Shown: positions 36,564 through 45,035 of the stretch, in pieces | Layout of the letters: each line of letters begins with the position of its first letter | How positions within the stretch are numbered: position 1 is the first letter of the stretch | Assembly: GCA_035548315.1 (NCBI GenBank) | Contig: DASZTF010000010.1 | Coordinates: forward strand, 1,721-65,720 | From: Minisyncoccota bacterium | Lineage (GTDB): Bacteria > Patescibacteriota > Minisyncoccia > Phycocordibacterales > Phycocordibacteraceae | DNA length: 64,000 bases | Direction of reading: 5' to 3' | Notes under the pieces: model-generated | Database searches by the model: none | Seen by the model: only the letters and a program-made list of their open reading frames with translations | What the model was told of the DNA's origin: nothing | Translations under genes and position numbers: made by a program

Positions 36564-37816
36564 AGGCTGTACGCCCAGAGCGTATCATCGCGCTTGTTCA
36601 TGAACACGAGCGTGCTTTCGTTCGCGTCGATCGTGAGGGAGACCGCGTCGATGGGTGCGGAGACGAGCGTGGGCAGGTCGGCGACCTGGGTCGCGACGCG
36701 TGCCGTGAAGTCTATTTTCCAGATGCGGTCGGTGAACGCCGTGGTGCCGAGGTACCAGTCATCGGGAAGCGTGCCCGTGGGCACCGAGACCGGTGACGCG
36801 CAGAAGGCGCTCGCGCCGTCTGGAGCCCACACGCATTTATCAGTGAAAGTAGAGAGCGGAAGTAGCGTCGTGGCGTGGTTACTCGTATCATAGTATGCCA
36901 GACGCACTACGCCACTGCCGTCTACGTAGCTCATGAGGATGCGGGTACCGGACGGGCTCGGCAGCACAGAGAGGCCTTTCAAGGGGCCGAGGATAGAGGT
37001 GAAAACACCCGTCTTTTGGTTCACCAGGAATGCGTAACCATTTAAGTTCGCAGAGGGTTTCGTGTAGGCGACCATTGCGCCTGCGGAGCTGCGTACGGTG
37101 ATAGCGGAAAGTTGCGAGGTAAAGAGTACGGTCGGATTCATGCCGTCGGGCTGCTCGAGGTAGCCGATGGAGCCGGCGCTATTGGGTGAGAGGGTGAACA
37201 CACTCGTTAGGTTCTGCGGAATCACTTGCATGAGGTCTTCGGCGAGGAATGCGCCATCGCTGCCGTCCGCGGGGAGTTCATAGGTATTCACGTGCTCGTC
37301 GCTTCCCTGCCCTGGCGTGATGAAGCGCAAGAACGCCGCGGTGCCATTCGGGAGCCAGCTTACTTCCTGCACGCCCGGTACGGTGTGATTGGTGAGCCGC
37401 GTCGACGCGTTTGACGCGGTTGAGTACTCATACATATTTCCGCTCTCTCGATCGATATAGCGCACCGCCGCGCCCGTGGTGACCTCGCTCGTCGATGCCG
37501 TTGTGCTAGCTACAGGGTCAAGCACGATGAATCCTTTCCCGACCGGTGCATTAGTGACCTGGACCAGTTTCGGTGCGACCTGTGCGGGGATGTTGCCGCT
37601 CTCGCTCGTCCCGGTGTCGCCAGGAGCGCTGGCGTTGCCGGTATTCGTGGCCGCACTGCCCGAATCGCCAAATGGATTACCCGACGACGCGGTGTCCGCG
37701 GTGAGCGTAGGCCCCGGCTTGTAGAAGAAGAAAAAGTACACGCCGGCAATGATCCCGAGGACGACGACCGTAGTGGCGGTGATGGCGACGATTTGTTTCA
37801 TAGCTATGGCTTGCAT
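36560..37816 (-). CDS. hypothetical membrane-anchored extracytoplasmic protein (last gene of T4SS-like operon)
   Basis: 418 aa; N-terminal TM then Thr/Ser-rich beta-rich domain; start overlaps upstream gene. Confidence 0.4.
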   Translation of the reverse strand: MQAIAMKQIVAITATTVVVLGIIAGVYFFFFYKPGPTLTADTASSGNPFGDSGSAATNTGNASAPGDTGTSESGNIPAQVAPKLVQVTNAPVGKGFIVLDPVASTTASTSEVTTGAAVRYIDRESGNMYEYSTASNASTRLTNHTVPGVQEVSWLPNGTAAFLRFITPGQGSDEHVNTYELPADGSDGAFLAEDLMQVIPQNLTSVFTLSPNSAGSIGYLEQPDGMNPTVLFTSQLSAITVRSSAGAMVAYTKPSANLNGYAFLVNQKTGVFTSILGPLKGLSVLPSPSGTRILMSYVDGSGVVRLAYYDTSNHATTLLPLSTFTDKCVWAPDGASAFCASPVSVPTGTLPDDWYLGTTAFTDRIWKIDFTARVATQVADLPTLVSAPIDAVSLTIDANESTLVFMNKRDDTLWAYSL

Positions 37817-38886
37817 TGCGTGTAGAGATCGTTTTGAAGGTCACATCCGAATTGCCCGCCTGCGTGCACGGCGGATTTAATATTTTTTGTTTTCCGGTCG
37901 CGACAAATATGGTCATAGACAGTGCCGGGCGGGGTATTCGTTGTGCATTTTTGATCAGACGCAGAGCACGTTCCCCATACCCCCTGGTCGCTTGTGGACT
38001 CATCGCACATGTAGAAGTTGTATCCCCCGTCGTAATACCACTGGTCGCCCTTCGTGCCCTTATAACAATCGATGTAGTTGTAGCTGCCCTCAGCACATTT
38101 ATATGGCGGATTTACCGGGGTGTACTCTCCCGTCTGCTGGTCTCGGCAGACGTAACTTGCTGTCCCACCGCCTGCTTCACACGTATTCTTCTGGGGCTCA
38201 CAGCTGTCTTGGTTACATCGTAGGTATTGGTGGCCGTCATCGCCATTTTGAGCCCCGCTCGTGCCGTCGTTGTTGCTTCCGGCACCTGGACCAGCGGACT
38301 GGTATCCGCTGTTGGAGCCGTTTACGTTCACTGTGAGTCCACTGGTGTTGATGTTCAAAGTGAGTATGGCTGGGTTGATGAGCTTGAAGACGAGGTACGG
38401 AGAGAGCACGAGCACGAGACCCAAGACCGATGCCCCGATGAGGTGTCGGGCCTCTTCCTTGCTCGTAAGGCTTTCCGCGAGCATGTAGGTGATGCCCGCG
38501 CGCGCGAGCTGGAGCACGGCGATTACTACAGCGATGCCGATGCAGATGTAGTAAATCGAGTTGAGTGCGACCGGGAGGCCTGCGCTTGGGTTGAAACTGG
38601 TAAAGACCGGGATGTCGGTAAGCGGGACAAATGGCTGGTTGTCTCCCACCTGAGTATTCCCGCCGGGTGTTTGGGTGCCGCCACCTCCTCCCGGTGCGTC
38701 ACCCCACGGCGTACAGATGCCCGTCGTGTTACCGGGTGTTTTGTAGCAGCCGTACTGGATATTGCCCTGGTCGTCACACTCTTCATCATTGGAGCAAGTA
38801 CCATTTGGTCCCACTGCGAATACCGCGGTCGGTAGAGAGAGCGCGAGTGGGAGGCACAGGAGCAGCGCTAGGAGTAATTTTTTCAT
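37804..38886 (-). CDS. pilin-like / Cys-rich surface protein (VirB2-like hydrophobic hairpin plus Cys-rich C-terminal domain)
   Basis: 360 aa; signal peptide, two adjacent TM helices, then a C-terminal domain with more than 20 Cys. Confidence 0.4.
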   Translation of the reverse strand: MKKLLLALLLCLPLALSLPTAVFAVGPNGTCSNDEECDDQGNIQYGCYKTPGNTTGICTPWGDAPGGGGGTQTPGGNTQVGDNQPFVPLTDIPVFTSFNPSAGLPVALNSIYYICIGIAVVIAVLQLARAGITYMLAESLTSKEEARHLIGASVLGLVLVLSPYLVFKLINPAILTLNINTSGLTVNVNGSNSGYQSAGPGAGSNNDGTSGAQNGDDGHQYLRCNQDSCEPQKNTCEAGGGTASYVCRDQQTGEYTPVNPPYKCAEGSYNYIDCYKGTKGDQWYYDGGYNFYMCDESTSDQGVWGTCSASDQKCTTNTPPGTVYDHICRDRKTKNIKSAVHAGGQFGCDLQNDLYTQCKP

Positions 38887-39884
38887 AGGCCGAAGATGCT
38901 ATGGCTGGTCGATTGCCCAAACTGGACGGTCATTTCTCGAGACGCGCTGACGTAGCTTCCGGGGAACGACGCGGTCGCGGATACCGTCGCGCTTCCTGCA
39001 CCCGTGCCCGTAGGGCGCAGCGTAATGGTGGGTTGCGAGACGCTTGGAGTGCCATTCACGCTCCAATTAATTGTGGGGAAGGTCGAGAATGAGTACCCTA
39101 CGGCGCGGAAGCTGTCTTCGTCTCCCACGAGCGAGTAAAAGTCGCCAATTGCGGTGTCGAAATTGGGGCCGATGAGCGGCCCATCGCGGTAGAACAAAAT
39201 AGTGGGATCGGTAGGTGCGAGTGTGGCGCTCGCGCTCCCGGTGATGCTGCCGTCCTGGGTCGAGACCGTAACCGACACGGTCTCATCTCGGTACTGCATC
39301 GGGGCGACCACACTCACCGAGGACTTCCCAATGCCCGAGTTGCTCTCGAGCGCTTGGCTGTCGACATGCCAGGAGTAGACCAGTTTCGCAGGGTCAAGCG
39401 GGGCGCCGTTTGCGCTCGTACGCAGGTCCGCCATGGCTACGAAGCGGACTTCCCCCTGTATGGCTACTTGCGCAGCGCCTTCGTAGAAAGGATGCGTCGT
39501 GGATACGGGTTCCTCTATGAGGGCGACGTTCGTGGGGTGTACGGTGGCAGTCGTTTGGTAGCTGCCCTCGGGTGAATTCGCCGACACCGTGATAGTGTTG
39601 CTCGATCCCGCGCCGCCGGCGGTAAATGATGCGCTCCCCCCGCCCGTGCTCTGGGCCACTACTTTCCCATCTACCGATATGGTGACAGTCGCGCGTGCGA
39701 GGTCGATGAGCGTACTCTGCGGTGTCACCGTCACCGTCTGATAGGGTGCCGGATATTGCGGCGAAAGGAGAATAGTAAGCGGCTGTGCACCGAGCACTTG
39801 TGCATGCGTTGCGCTCGTACTCAAAAGAAAGAGCAAGCTCAGCAGCCCCGCCGTTTTCCTCATGGATGTATTATACAGCCCCAT
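38883..39884 (-). CDS. hypothetical secreted protein
   Basis: 333 aa with signal peptide MRKTAGLLSLLFLLSTSATHA. Confidence 0.4.
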   Translation of the reverse strand: MGLYNTSMRKTAGLLSLLFLLSTSATHAQVLGAQPLTILLSPQYPAPYQTVTVTPQSTLIDLARATVTISVDGKVVAQSTGGGSASFTAGGAGSSNTITVSANSPEGSYQTTATVHPTNVALIEEPVSTTHPFYEGAAQVAIQGEVRFVAMADLRTSANGAPLDPAKLVYSWHVDSQALESNSGIGKSSVSVVAPMQYRDETVSVTVSTQDGSITGSASATLAPTDPTILFYRDGPLIGPNFDTAIGDFYSLVGDEDSFRAVGYSFSTFPTINWSVNGTPSVSQPTITLRPTGTGAGSATVSATASFPGSYVSASREMTVQFGQSTSHSIFGL

Positions 39885-39901
39885 ACTCCATGAATAGGCA
39901 A

Positions 39902-40738
39902 TTATCTACCGCGACCACGAGCACGCACGAGCTGTTGACTTGGATCGGGTGGAGGAGGTGCTTCCGGTGGTAGTCGCATCCCGTACTTATTGCGCCGCGG
40001 TTCGATTTGGCGTCGCATCGCTTCGAGCTCTTCGGGGGTACGTGAACTCCGGGGCGGGGGGCGTAGCGCCGTTCTTGTGCGCATCGGCGTAGCCGCCTTG
40101 CCATGGTTTCCACCAAACGGGTTGTCGTTTGCTGGTGCGCCCGCCGGGGGGCGCTGTGGAGACGGGGTATGCTGGTGCGTTGTACTCGTGGCGGGAGAGG
40201 CGCTTGGCTTAGGGAGTGCACGTCCGACACTGCCTCCTACTCGCGCACCGCCCGCACTCGAGGCAAGCCCGCCGGCTGCCTTCCCTGCTGCACCACCCAC
40301 CGCGGAGGCCGCGCCCGCTACCGCACCACCGATCTTCGCAAGCCCTCCGAGAATCCCTGAGCCACTTGAGGCGTATGCTTTAACGATCATGTAGAAAACC
40401 GTGGGAGAAGTGAAGGGGAAATCATCGATCTCGGGCACGAGGTCTGCTGCCGAGACGCCGAGCGTGAGCAAGAAATAGGCATTTGAATTTTTTGGTGATT
40501 TATAGATCCCCACCATCCAGAGTCCACCGAAGACGACGACCACTTCCACCACTGATATGTAGAACGAGAGGACTACACTCAGCGGTATTCCGACCTCAGG
40601 AATAAGTTGGACAAAGAAAACCGCGCCCTTCGCGAGGTCGCACACGAGCGCCACAATGAAGAACAGCCAAGCGAACGGGCTCACGCGGTTATCGTTTGCG
40701 GGGTCGAGGCTGTTGTCGTTTGCCGATGACGGAGGCAT
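39902..40738 (-). CDS. hypothetical polytopic membrane protein with Gly/Ala-rich tail
   Basis: 278 aa; three to four TM helices then GGAAGKAAGG repeats and Pro-rich C-terminus. Confidence 0.4.
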   Translation of the reverse strand: MPPSSANDNSLDPANDNRVSPFAWLFFIVALVCDLAKGAVFFVQLIPEVGIPLSVVLSFYISVVEVVVVFGGLWMVGIYKSPKNSNAYFLLTLGVSAADLVPEIDDFPFTSPTVFYMIVKAYASSGSGILGGLAKIGGAVAGAASAVGGAAGKAAGGLASSAGGARVGGSVGRALPKPSASPATSTTHQHTPSPQRPPAGAPANDNPFGGNHGKAATPMRTRTALRPPPRSSRTPEELEAMRRQIEPRRNKYGMRLPPEAPPPPDPSQQLVRARGRGR

Positions 40739-40741
40739 GGC

Positions 40742-42565
40742 TTATGCAGCGCCGCCGGATTCGAGCCGGCCCTTCTCGCGCTGGATGGAGAGGAGCTGCG
40801 ACGGGTCGGAAGTGATGATCTGGTCCTCGGTGTAGGAGGCGACGATCTTAATTGCGACATGTTTGAGTCCTGCGAAGAACAGCCCCTCCCCTACTCCGGA
40901 CTCAAGGAGCAGATACTTTTCCTCATCGGTGAGGTTGAAGGTCTGCTGGAGCACATCGATCGTGGTCGGTGACTGCTTGAGCAGCAGCTGGATCGAGGAG
41001 TTCGTGAGGATCGGGCGGCCGTAGGAAGAACGCAGGAAGTCTTCCACGTCCTGCGTGATCGTGGAGACGCCGAGATAATATTTGCGGCCGCGCTTCGCGA
41101 GGCTGTAGAGGAAGGAAGCGGTATCTTCCGACTTCATCATCCACCAGGCTTCGTCGATCACGAGGAGGCGCCTCTTGAGCTCGCGGCGGATCGCATTCCA
41201 GATGTAGTGCGTGATGATGTACATCGCGACCGGTTTGAGCTCGTCCTCCATGTCGCGCACCGAGAACACGATGAACTGGCGATTGATGTCGATGTTGGTC
41301 GCCTGATTCATGAATCCGGCCCACGTACCGCGGGTGTACTTGCTCAAGCGCTCCACGAGCGATTCCGATCCCTCCATGCCCGAGAGCACCGACTCAAAGT
41401 CGGAGAGGAGGGGCGGTTCGACGCCGGTGAAATCCCGGTCACCGGTGATGTCCTTGAGCGCGTATGTTTCAGTGATCGCGCGGTCGATGATCGCGTCTTC
41501 TTCTGGCGTGAGGCCCCCGAGCATGATGCGGAAGAGGCCGACCAAATTGATGATGTTGTTGCGCAGGATATCGCCTGGCTCCTCGTCCTCGCGCACCGCA
41601 GGAAGGTCGAACGGATTGATGTGATGCTCGGACGAAAGCGAGATATTGAAGTTGCGCCCGCCCGCCGCTTCTGCGAGGTTCTCGTATTCGCGCTCGGGAT
41701 CGATCACGATGACGTCGGTATCGAACATCAGGGAACGCAGGATCTCGAGTTTCACCGCGTACGATTTACCGGAGCCCGACTTCGCGAAGGTCACGGAATT
41801 GTAGTTCTCAAGCGAGAACCGATCGAAAAGGATGAGTGAAGAATTGTGACGGTTGATGCCAAAGAGGATGCCGCGGTCGCTCGTGAGGTCAAAGGACACG
41901 AATGGAAAGTACGATGAAAGTGAGGATGTCTTTTGTTTGATGTCGACTGCAAGCTCGTCGTTGCCCAGCGGGAGCGTTGAGCGGAACCCCTGTTCCTGCT
42001 GGAAGAGGGCGGGTTTGGTGTAGACAAGTCGTTGACTTAGCGTGCCAGAGATTTCGCTTTCTACTTTGTCGAGTTCTTCCTTAGAATCAGCGTAAATCGT
42101 GATGTAGAGGCCAACGTCGAATACCTTCTCCTGCGCTTGCTGGAGCTCATCGCGCAGCTGCTCGATATTGCTATTTGCCGCTTCGAGCATAGGATCGCGG
42201 ACGATGCCCTTAGCCTCTTTCTCGTTGATCTGACTCTCTACTTCTGCAACTTTCTTCTGGAGCTGGCGCAACATAACACCGGTCTCTACAGGGTGGATGA
42301 AGATGCCTATATCCATCACCTTGTCCGTGTTGATGATCGGCGAGAGCCAGCTGTCCGCGAGGAACGCTGGATACGAGATCGTGTACAGCGTGCGCGCGAA
42401 TTTCTCCCCGAGCTCGAGCTCGCGCGCGCCCACTTTAAGCGCCGCCGGTGCGATCATGTCGGCGAGCTCGAGCTCCCCCTGCGCGTAGATGTCTTTGGGG
42501 AGCACCGGCGCTACGGGCGGCGTTTCGTCTTTTTTATTGCGGTTGAGGAAATCGAGGAGTGCCAT
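40742..42565 (-). CDS. VirB4/TraC-family type IV secretion ATPase (ATPase domain part)
   Basis: 607 aa; Walker A AKSGSGKSY, Walker B RLLVIDEAWW, conserved VirB4 C-terminal motifs; starts 1 codon after an in-frame TAA. Confidence 0.8.
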   Translation of the reverse strand: MALLDFLNRNKKDETPPVAPVLPKDIYAQGELELADMIAPAALKVGARELELGEKFARTLYTISYPAFLADSWLSPIINTDKVMDIGIFIHPVETGVMLRQLQKKVAEVESQINEKEAKGIVRDPMLEAANSNIEQLRDELQQAQEKVFDVGLYITIYADSKEELDKVESEISGTLSQRLVYTKPALFQQEQGFRSTLPLGNDELAVDIKQKTSSLSSYFPFVSFDLTSDRGILFGINRHNSSLILFDRFSLENYNSVTFAKSGSGKSYAVKLEILRSLMFDTDVIVIDPEREYENLAEAAGGRNFNISLSSEHHINPFDLPAVREDEEPGDILRNNIINLVGLFRIMLGGLTPEEDAIIDRAITETYALKDITGDRDFTGVEPPLLSDFESVLSGMEGSESLVERLSKYTRGTWAGFMNQATNIDINRQFIVFSVRDMEDELKPVAMYIITHYIWNAIRRELKRRLLVIDEAWWMMKSEDTASFLYSLAKRGRKYYLGVSTITQDVEDFLRSSYGRPILTNSSIQLLLKQSPTTIDVLQQTFNLTDEEKYLLLESGVGEGLFFAGLKHVAIKIVASYTEDQIITSDPSQLLSIQREKGRLESGGAA

Positions 42566-42568
42566 AGA

Positions 42569-43201
42569 TTAAGTGCGTGAGAGGCGGATAGGATTCTCGA
42601 GCTCGCCCAGGTTGAACGAGCGGTATAAGAGCTCGATGATTTCTTCGGTACCGAGCGCGGCGGCGCGCACGCCCGATTGCGCGAGGCCACCCGCCACAAG
42701 CGACATGCGCTGTTCGAGCTGGATGCGGTGCTCTTCAAAGTCGTCCGAAGTGTTCGTTTGGGTCGCCGGTCCGCGGTTGAGGAAAGGAATTGCACTTTTA
42801 ACCGCCGTTACCACGGCCGGGGTATATGGGACCACCACGTAGAACGTCTTGGTCATGATATTTGCTTGCTCTGCAAATCCCCGCACGAACTGCTCGTACT
42901 CACGGATCTGGATGCGCATAAGATCAGTTTGCTGCTTATCCTCGCGTGCGCGTAGCAGCTCGAGGTAGGGGCGGATGTCCATTTTGCGTGAGTGCACCAC
43001 GATCTCTACGGAAAAATCGAGCGTGTTGAGGAAGTTCTGGAAGCCGCCGATGATACCCTTCTGTTCGTCGTCTGATTTGAGGGCGAAGTTCACGGACGAG
43101 CACATCAGGATACCGCGGTAGCCGCCCTCTTTGAGGATAATAGTGCCGCTCCGGACTTCTTTTACCGGGACGAAGGCTTGGGCTGGTTGAGAAGCAGGCA
43201 T
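42569..43201 (-). CDS. VirB4 N-terminal-domain-like protein (split from the ATPase by an in-frame TAA)
   Basis: 210 aa; pattern KEVRSGTIILKEGGYRGILMCSSVNFALKSDDEQ resembles the N-terminus of Gram-positive-type VirB4 proteins; same reading frame as 40742..42565. Confidence 0.5.
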   Translation of the reverse strand: MPASQPAQAFVPVKEVRSGTIILKEGGYRGILMCSSVNFALKSDDEQKGIIGGFQNFLNTLDFSVEIVVHSRKMDIRPYLELLRAREDKQQTDLMRIQIREYEQFVRGFAEQANIMTKTFYVVVPYTPAVVTAVKSAIPFLNRGPATQTNTSDDFEEHRIQLEQRMSLVAGGLAQSGVRAAALGTEEIIELLYRSFNLGELENPIRLSRT

Positions 43202-43204
43202 ACG

Positions 43205-43633
43205 TTATGGTTGTGGGTTCTCGCGGTCCTGGATATCGAGCGACCAGGCAAGGTCATGCAGTTTCCCTCGATCAAGTGCGATTGCTGGGCGTGCAGGGGC
43301 AGCAGGCACCGGATTCTGCGGGAGCGTCGAGGGTGCTTTGTCTGTCTTCGGCTCCTTACGCCAGAGGTAGAGGCGGCTCCCCGTGATGTAGTAGTTGAAT
43401 CCAGCTTCGAGGATGTCTTCGAAGGGCTTGTTGTTCACTTTGTAGAATGCGAGTGCGCCCGCGAGTCCTGCGATCGGGATCGCGACCACGATCGCGATGA
43501 CGAGGGGGAGATAGAAGAAGGCAATCGCGCACATACCGACGCCGCCCGCCACGTAGATGAACTGCTTCAGCGTAAACGGGCCAAAAATTTTGTCTTCCAC
43601 CTCAATGAACTGCGGCACTTGGTATTCCATCAC
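43205..43633 (-). CDS. VirB3-like small two-TM protein
   Basis: 142 aa, two TM helices, immediately upstream of VirB4. Confidence 0.4.
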   Translation of the reverse strand: MMEYQVPQFIEVEDKIFGPFTLKQFIYVAGGVGMCAIAFFYLPLVIAIVVAIPIAGLAGALAFYKVNNKPFEDILEAGFNYYITGSRLYLWRKEPKTDKAPSTLPQNPVPAAPARPAIALDRGKLHDLAWSLDIQDRENPQP

Positions 43634-43691
43634 TCACTAGTATAGCAAGATGCGGGCCGTTGCCCGCATCTGGCGACTGCGTGTATTTCGA

Positions 43692-44282
43692 TTAATGGCC
43701 GCCGTGATTTCCTCCTCCCCCGCTGTGCCCGCCGCCGATGCTCACGCTCGCGCCGCCCACGGCTTTATTAATGTATTGGAGTAGATTCGCAATGATCCAG
43801 GGCGATGCAAGTGCGATGCCTACTGGTGCGAGAAATTTTCCTGCAATAATAGCAGCGCCCTTGATAGCCGCGCCGCTCACGAGAGGGTGCCCCACAAGCC
43901 ACGTGGAGACGAAGTTCACGACCCCCATGCCAGCCGTGCCCTCCATAAGCATGAACGCTGCCGCGCCTTCTACCACCACCCCAGCACCGAGCAACATCCC
44001 GGAGGCTCCCTTCGTGGCTTTCCAGATAGCCTTCCCCATTGTCTTCTCTTTCGGCGCGTCAGCGATATTTTTCGCCTGCTCTTGGAAGAAGTTGGGCGGC
44101 TTGCGATGTTCGTGGCCTGCCTGCGGGCCTTCATGGCGGCGGAGCCGCTCGAGCCTTGAAGCGGCTTCGGCTACGTCTGCGGCGCTCCGGTTGACGTTCA
44201 CCGGAGCTGTCTCACCCATACGAGAAGGGGAGCTGGTATGTGCTCGTTCTGCGGAATTTGTCGCTGGGCGTTCTGCACTCAT
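43692..44282 (-). CDS. hypothetical membrane protein (possible VirB2-like pilin)
   Basis: 196 aa; Gly/Ala-rich hydrophobic core with two TM segments. Confidence 0.3.
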   Translation of the reverse strand: MSAERPATNSAERAHTSSPSRMGETAPVNVNRSAADVAEAASRLERLRRHEGPQAGHEHRKPPNFFQEQAKNIADAPKEKTMGKAIWKATKGASGMLLGAGVVVEGAAAFMLMEGTAGMGVVNFVSTWLVGHPLVSGAAIKGAAIIAGKFLAPVGIALASPWIIANLLQYINKAVGGASVSIGGGHSGGGGNHGGH

Positions 44283-44297
44283 GGCCCAATCCTAGCA

Positions 44298-45035
44298 CTA
44301 TTCTGGCGCTTCGCGGTACGGGTCGACGCCGTATGACTTGAGTACATCGTGGAGCGCAGACTTGTTAGCTGCGGACCCGGTTTCGATGGGCGGCATAGCT
44401 CCGGGAAGATTCTCGGGCGGCATGCCGGTACGTGCCGCTGGTGCTGGCGGCATGGGAGCGCGTGGCGTTGGCGCAGGCATCGGGGCTGGTGCCGGCCGCG
44501 GTGCGGGAGGCGGTGGTGGTATCGGTCGCGGCGCTGGCGGGGGTACCACTGGTTGCACAGGAGCGGGTGCCGGAGCCATCGTAACTGCGGGCGGCGGGAC
44601 CATCGGCTGGGGTGCTCGCGGTGCCGGTACGGGCGTAGGTGCCGCAGGTGGTGGAACGGCTGCTGCGGATACTGGTGCAGAAGCGGGTTCTTCTGCCTCA
44701 GGTTCAGCTGGTGCGGGCGGTGCAGCCATCACTTTATCGTGGAGCGGCTTGAATATTTTCGTATTGAGCTCCGCGATGACAGCCTTTGCGATCTGGGCGT
44801 CTACGTCACGAGACACCAATTCCCCGAGTATCTCGGTCGGTGTGACGAGCCCGCAGAGCATATAGCTTGTCGCTTGGGAAAGCGCGCCGGTCGTGTCGAC
44901 GTGGAGATTAAACTGCTGGCCAATGGCTTGGACATCAGCATTGAATTCCTTACTGAGCAGGTATGCGCGCACGGTTTCCGGCAATTTGCCGAATGCTTCT
45001 AGTAACTGGTCTTGTGAGAATGTAATCATGGCCAT
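44298..45035 (-). CDS. hypothetical protein with extended Pro/Ala-rich linker
   Basis: 245 aa; globular N-domain then ~100-aa PAPAP-rich region. Confidence 0.4.
   Translation of the reverse strand: MAMITFSQDQLLEAFGKLPETVRAYLLSKEFNADVQAIGQQFNLHVDTTGALSQATSYMLCGLVTPTEILGELVSRDVDAQIAKAVIAELNTKIFKPLHDKVMAAPPAPAEPEAEEPASAPVSAAAVPPPAAPTPVPAPRAPQPMVPPPAVTMAPAPAPVQPVVPPPAPRPIPPPPPAPRPAPAPMPAPTPRAPMPPAPAARTGMPPENLPGAMPPIETGSAANKSALHDVLKSYGVDPYREAPE

Noticed and set aside
44338-45002. Gly/Ala/Arg-rich plus-strand ORFs (175 and 217 aa)
   Set aside because: They are antisense images of the Pro/Ala-rich linker of gene 44298..45035 and are a low-complexity artefact.
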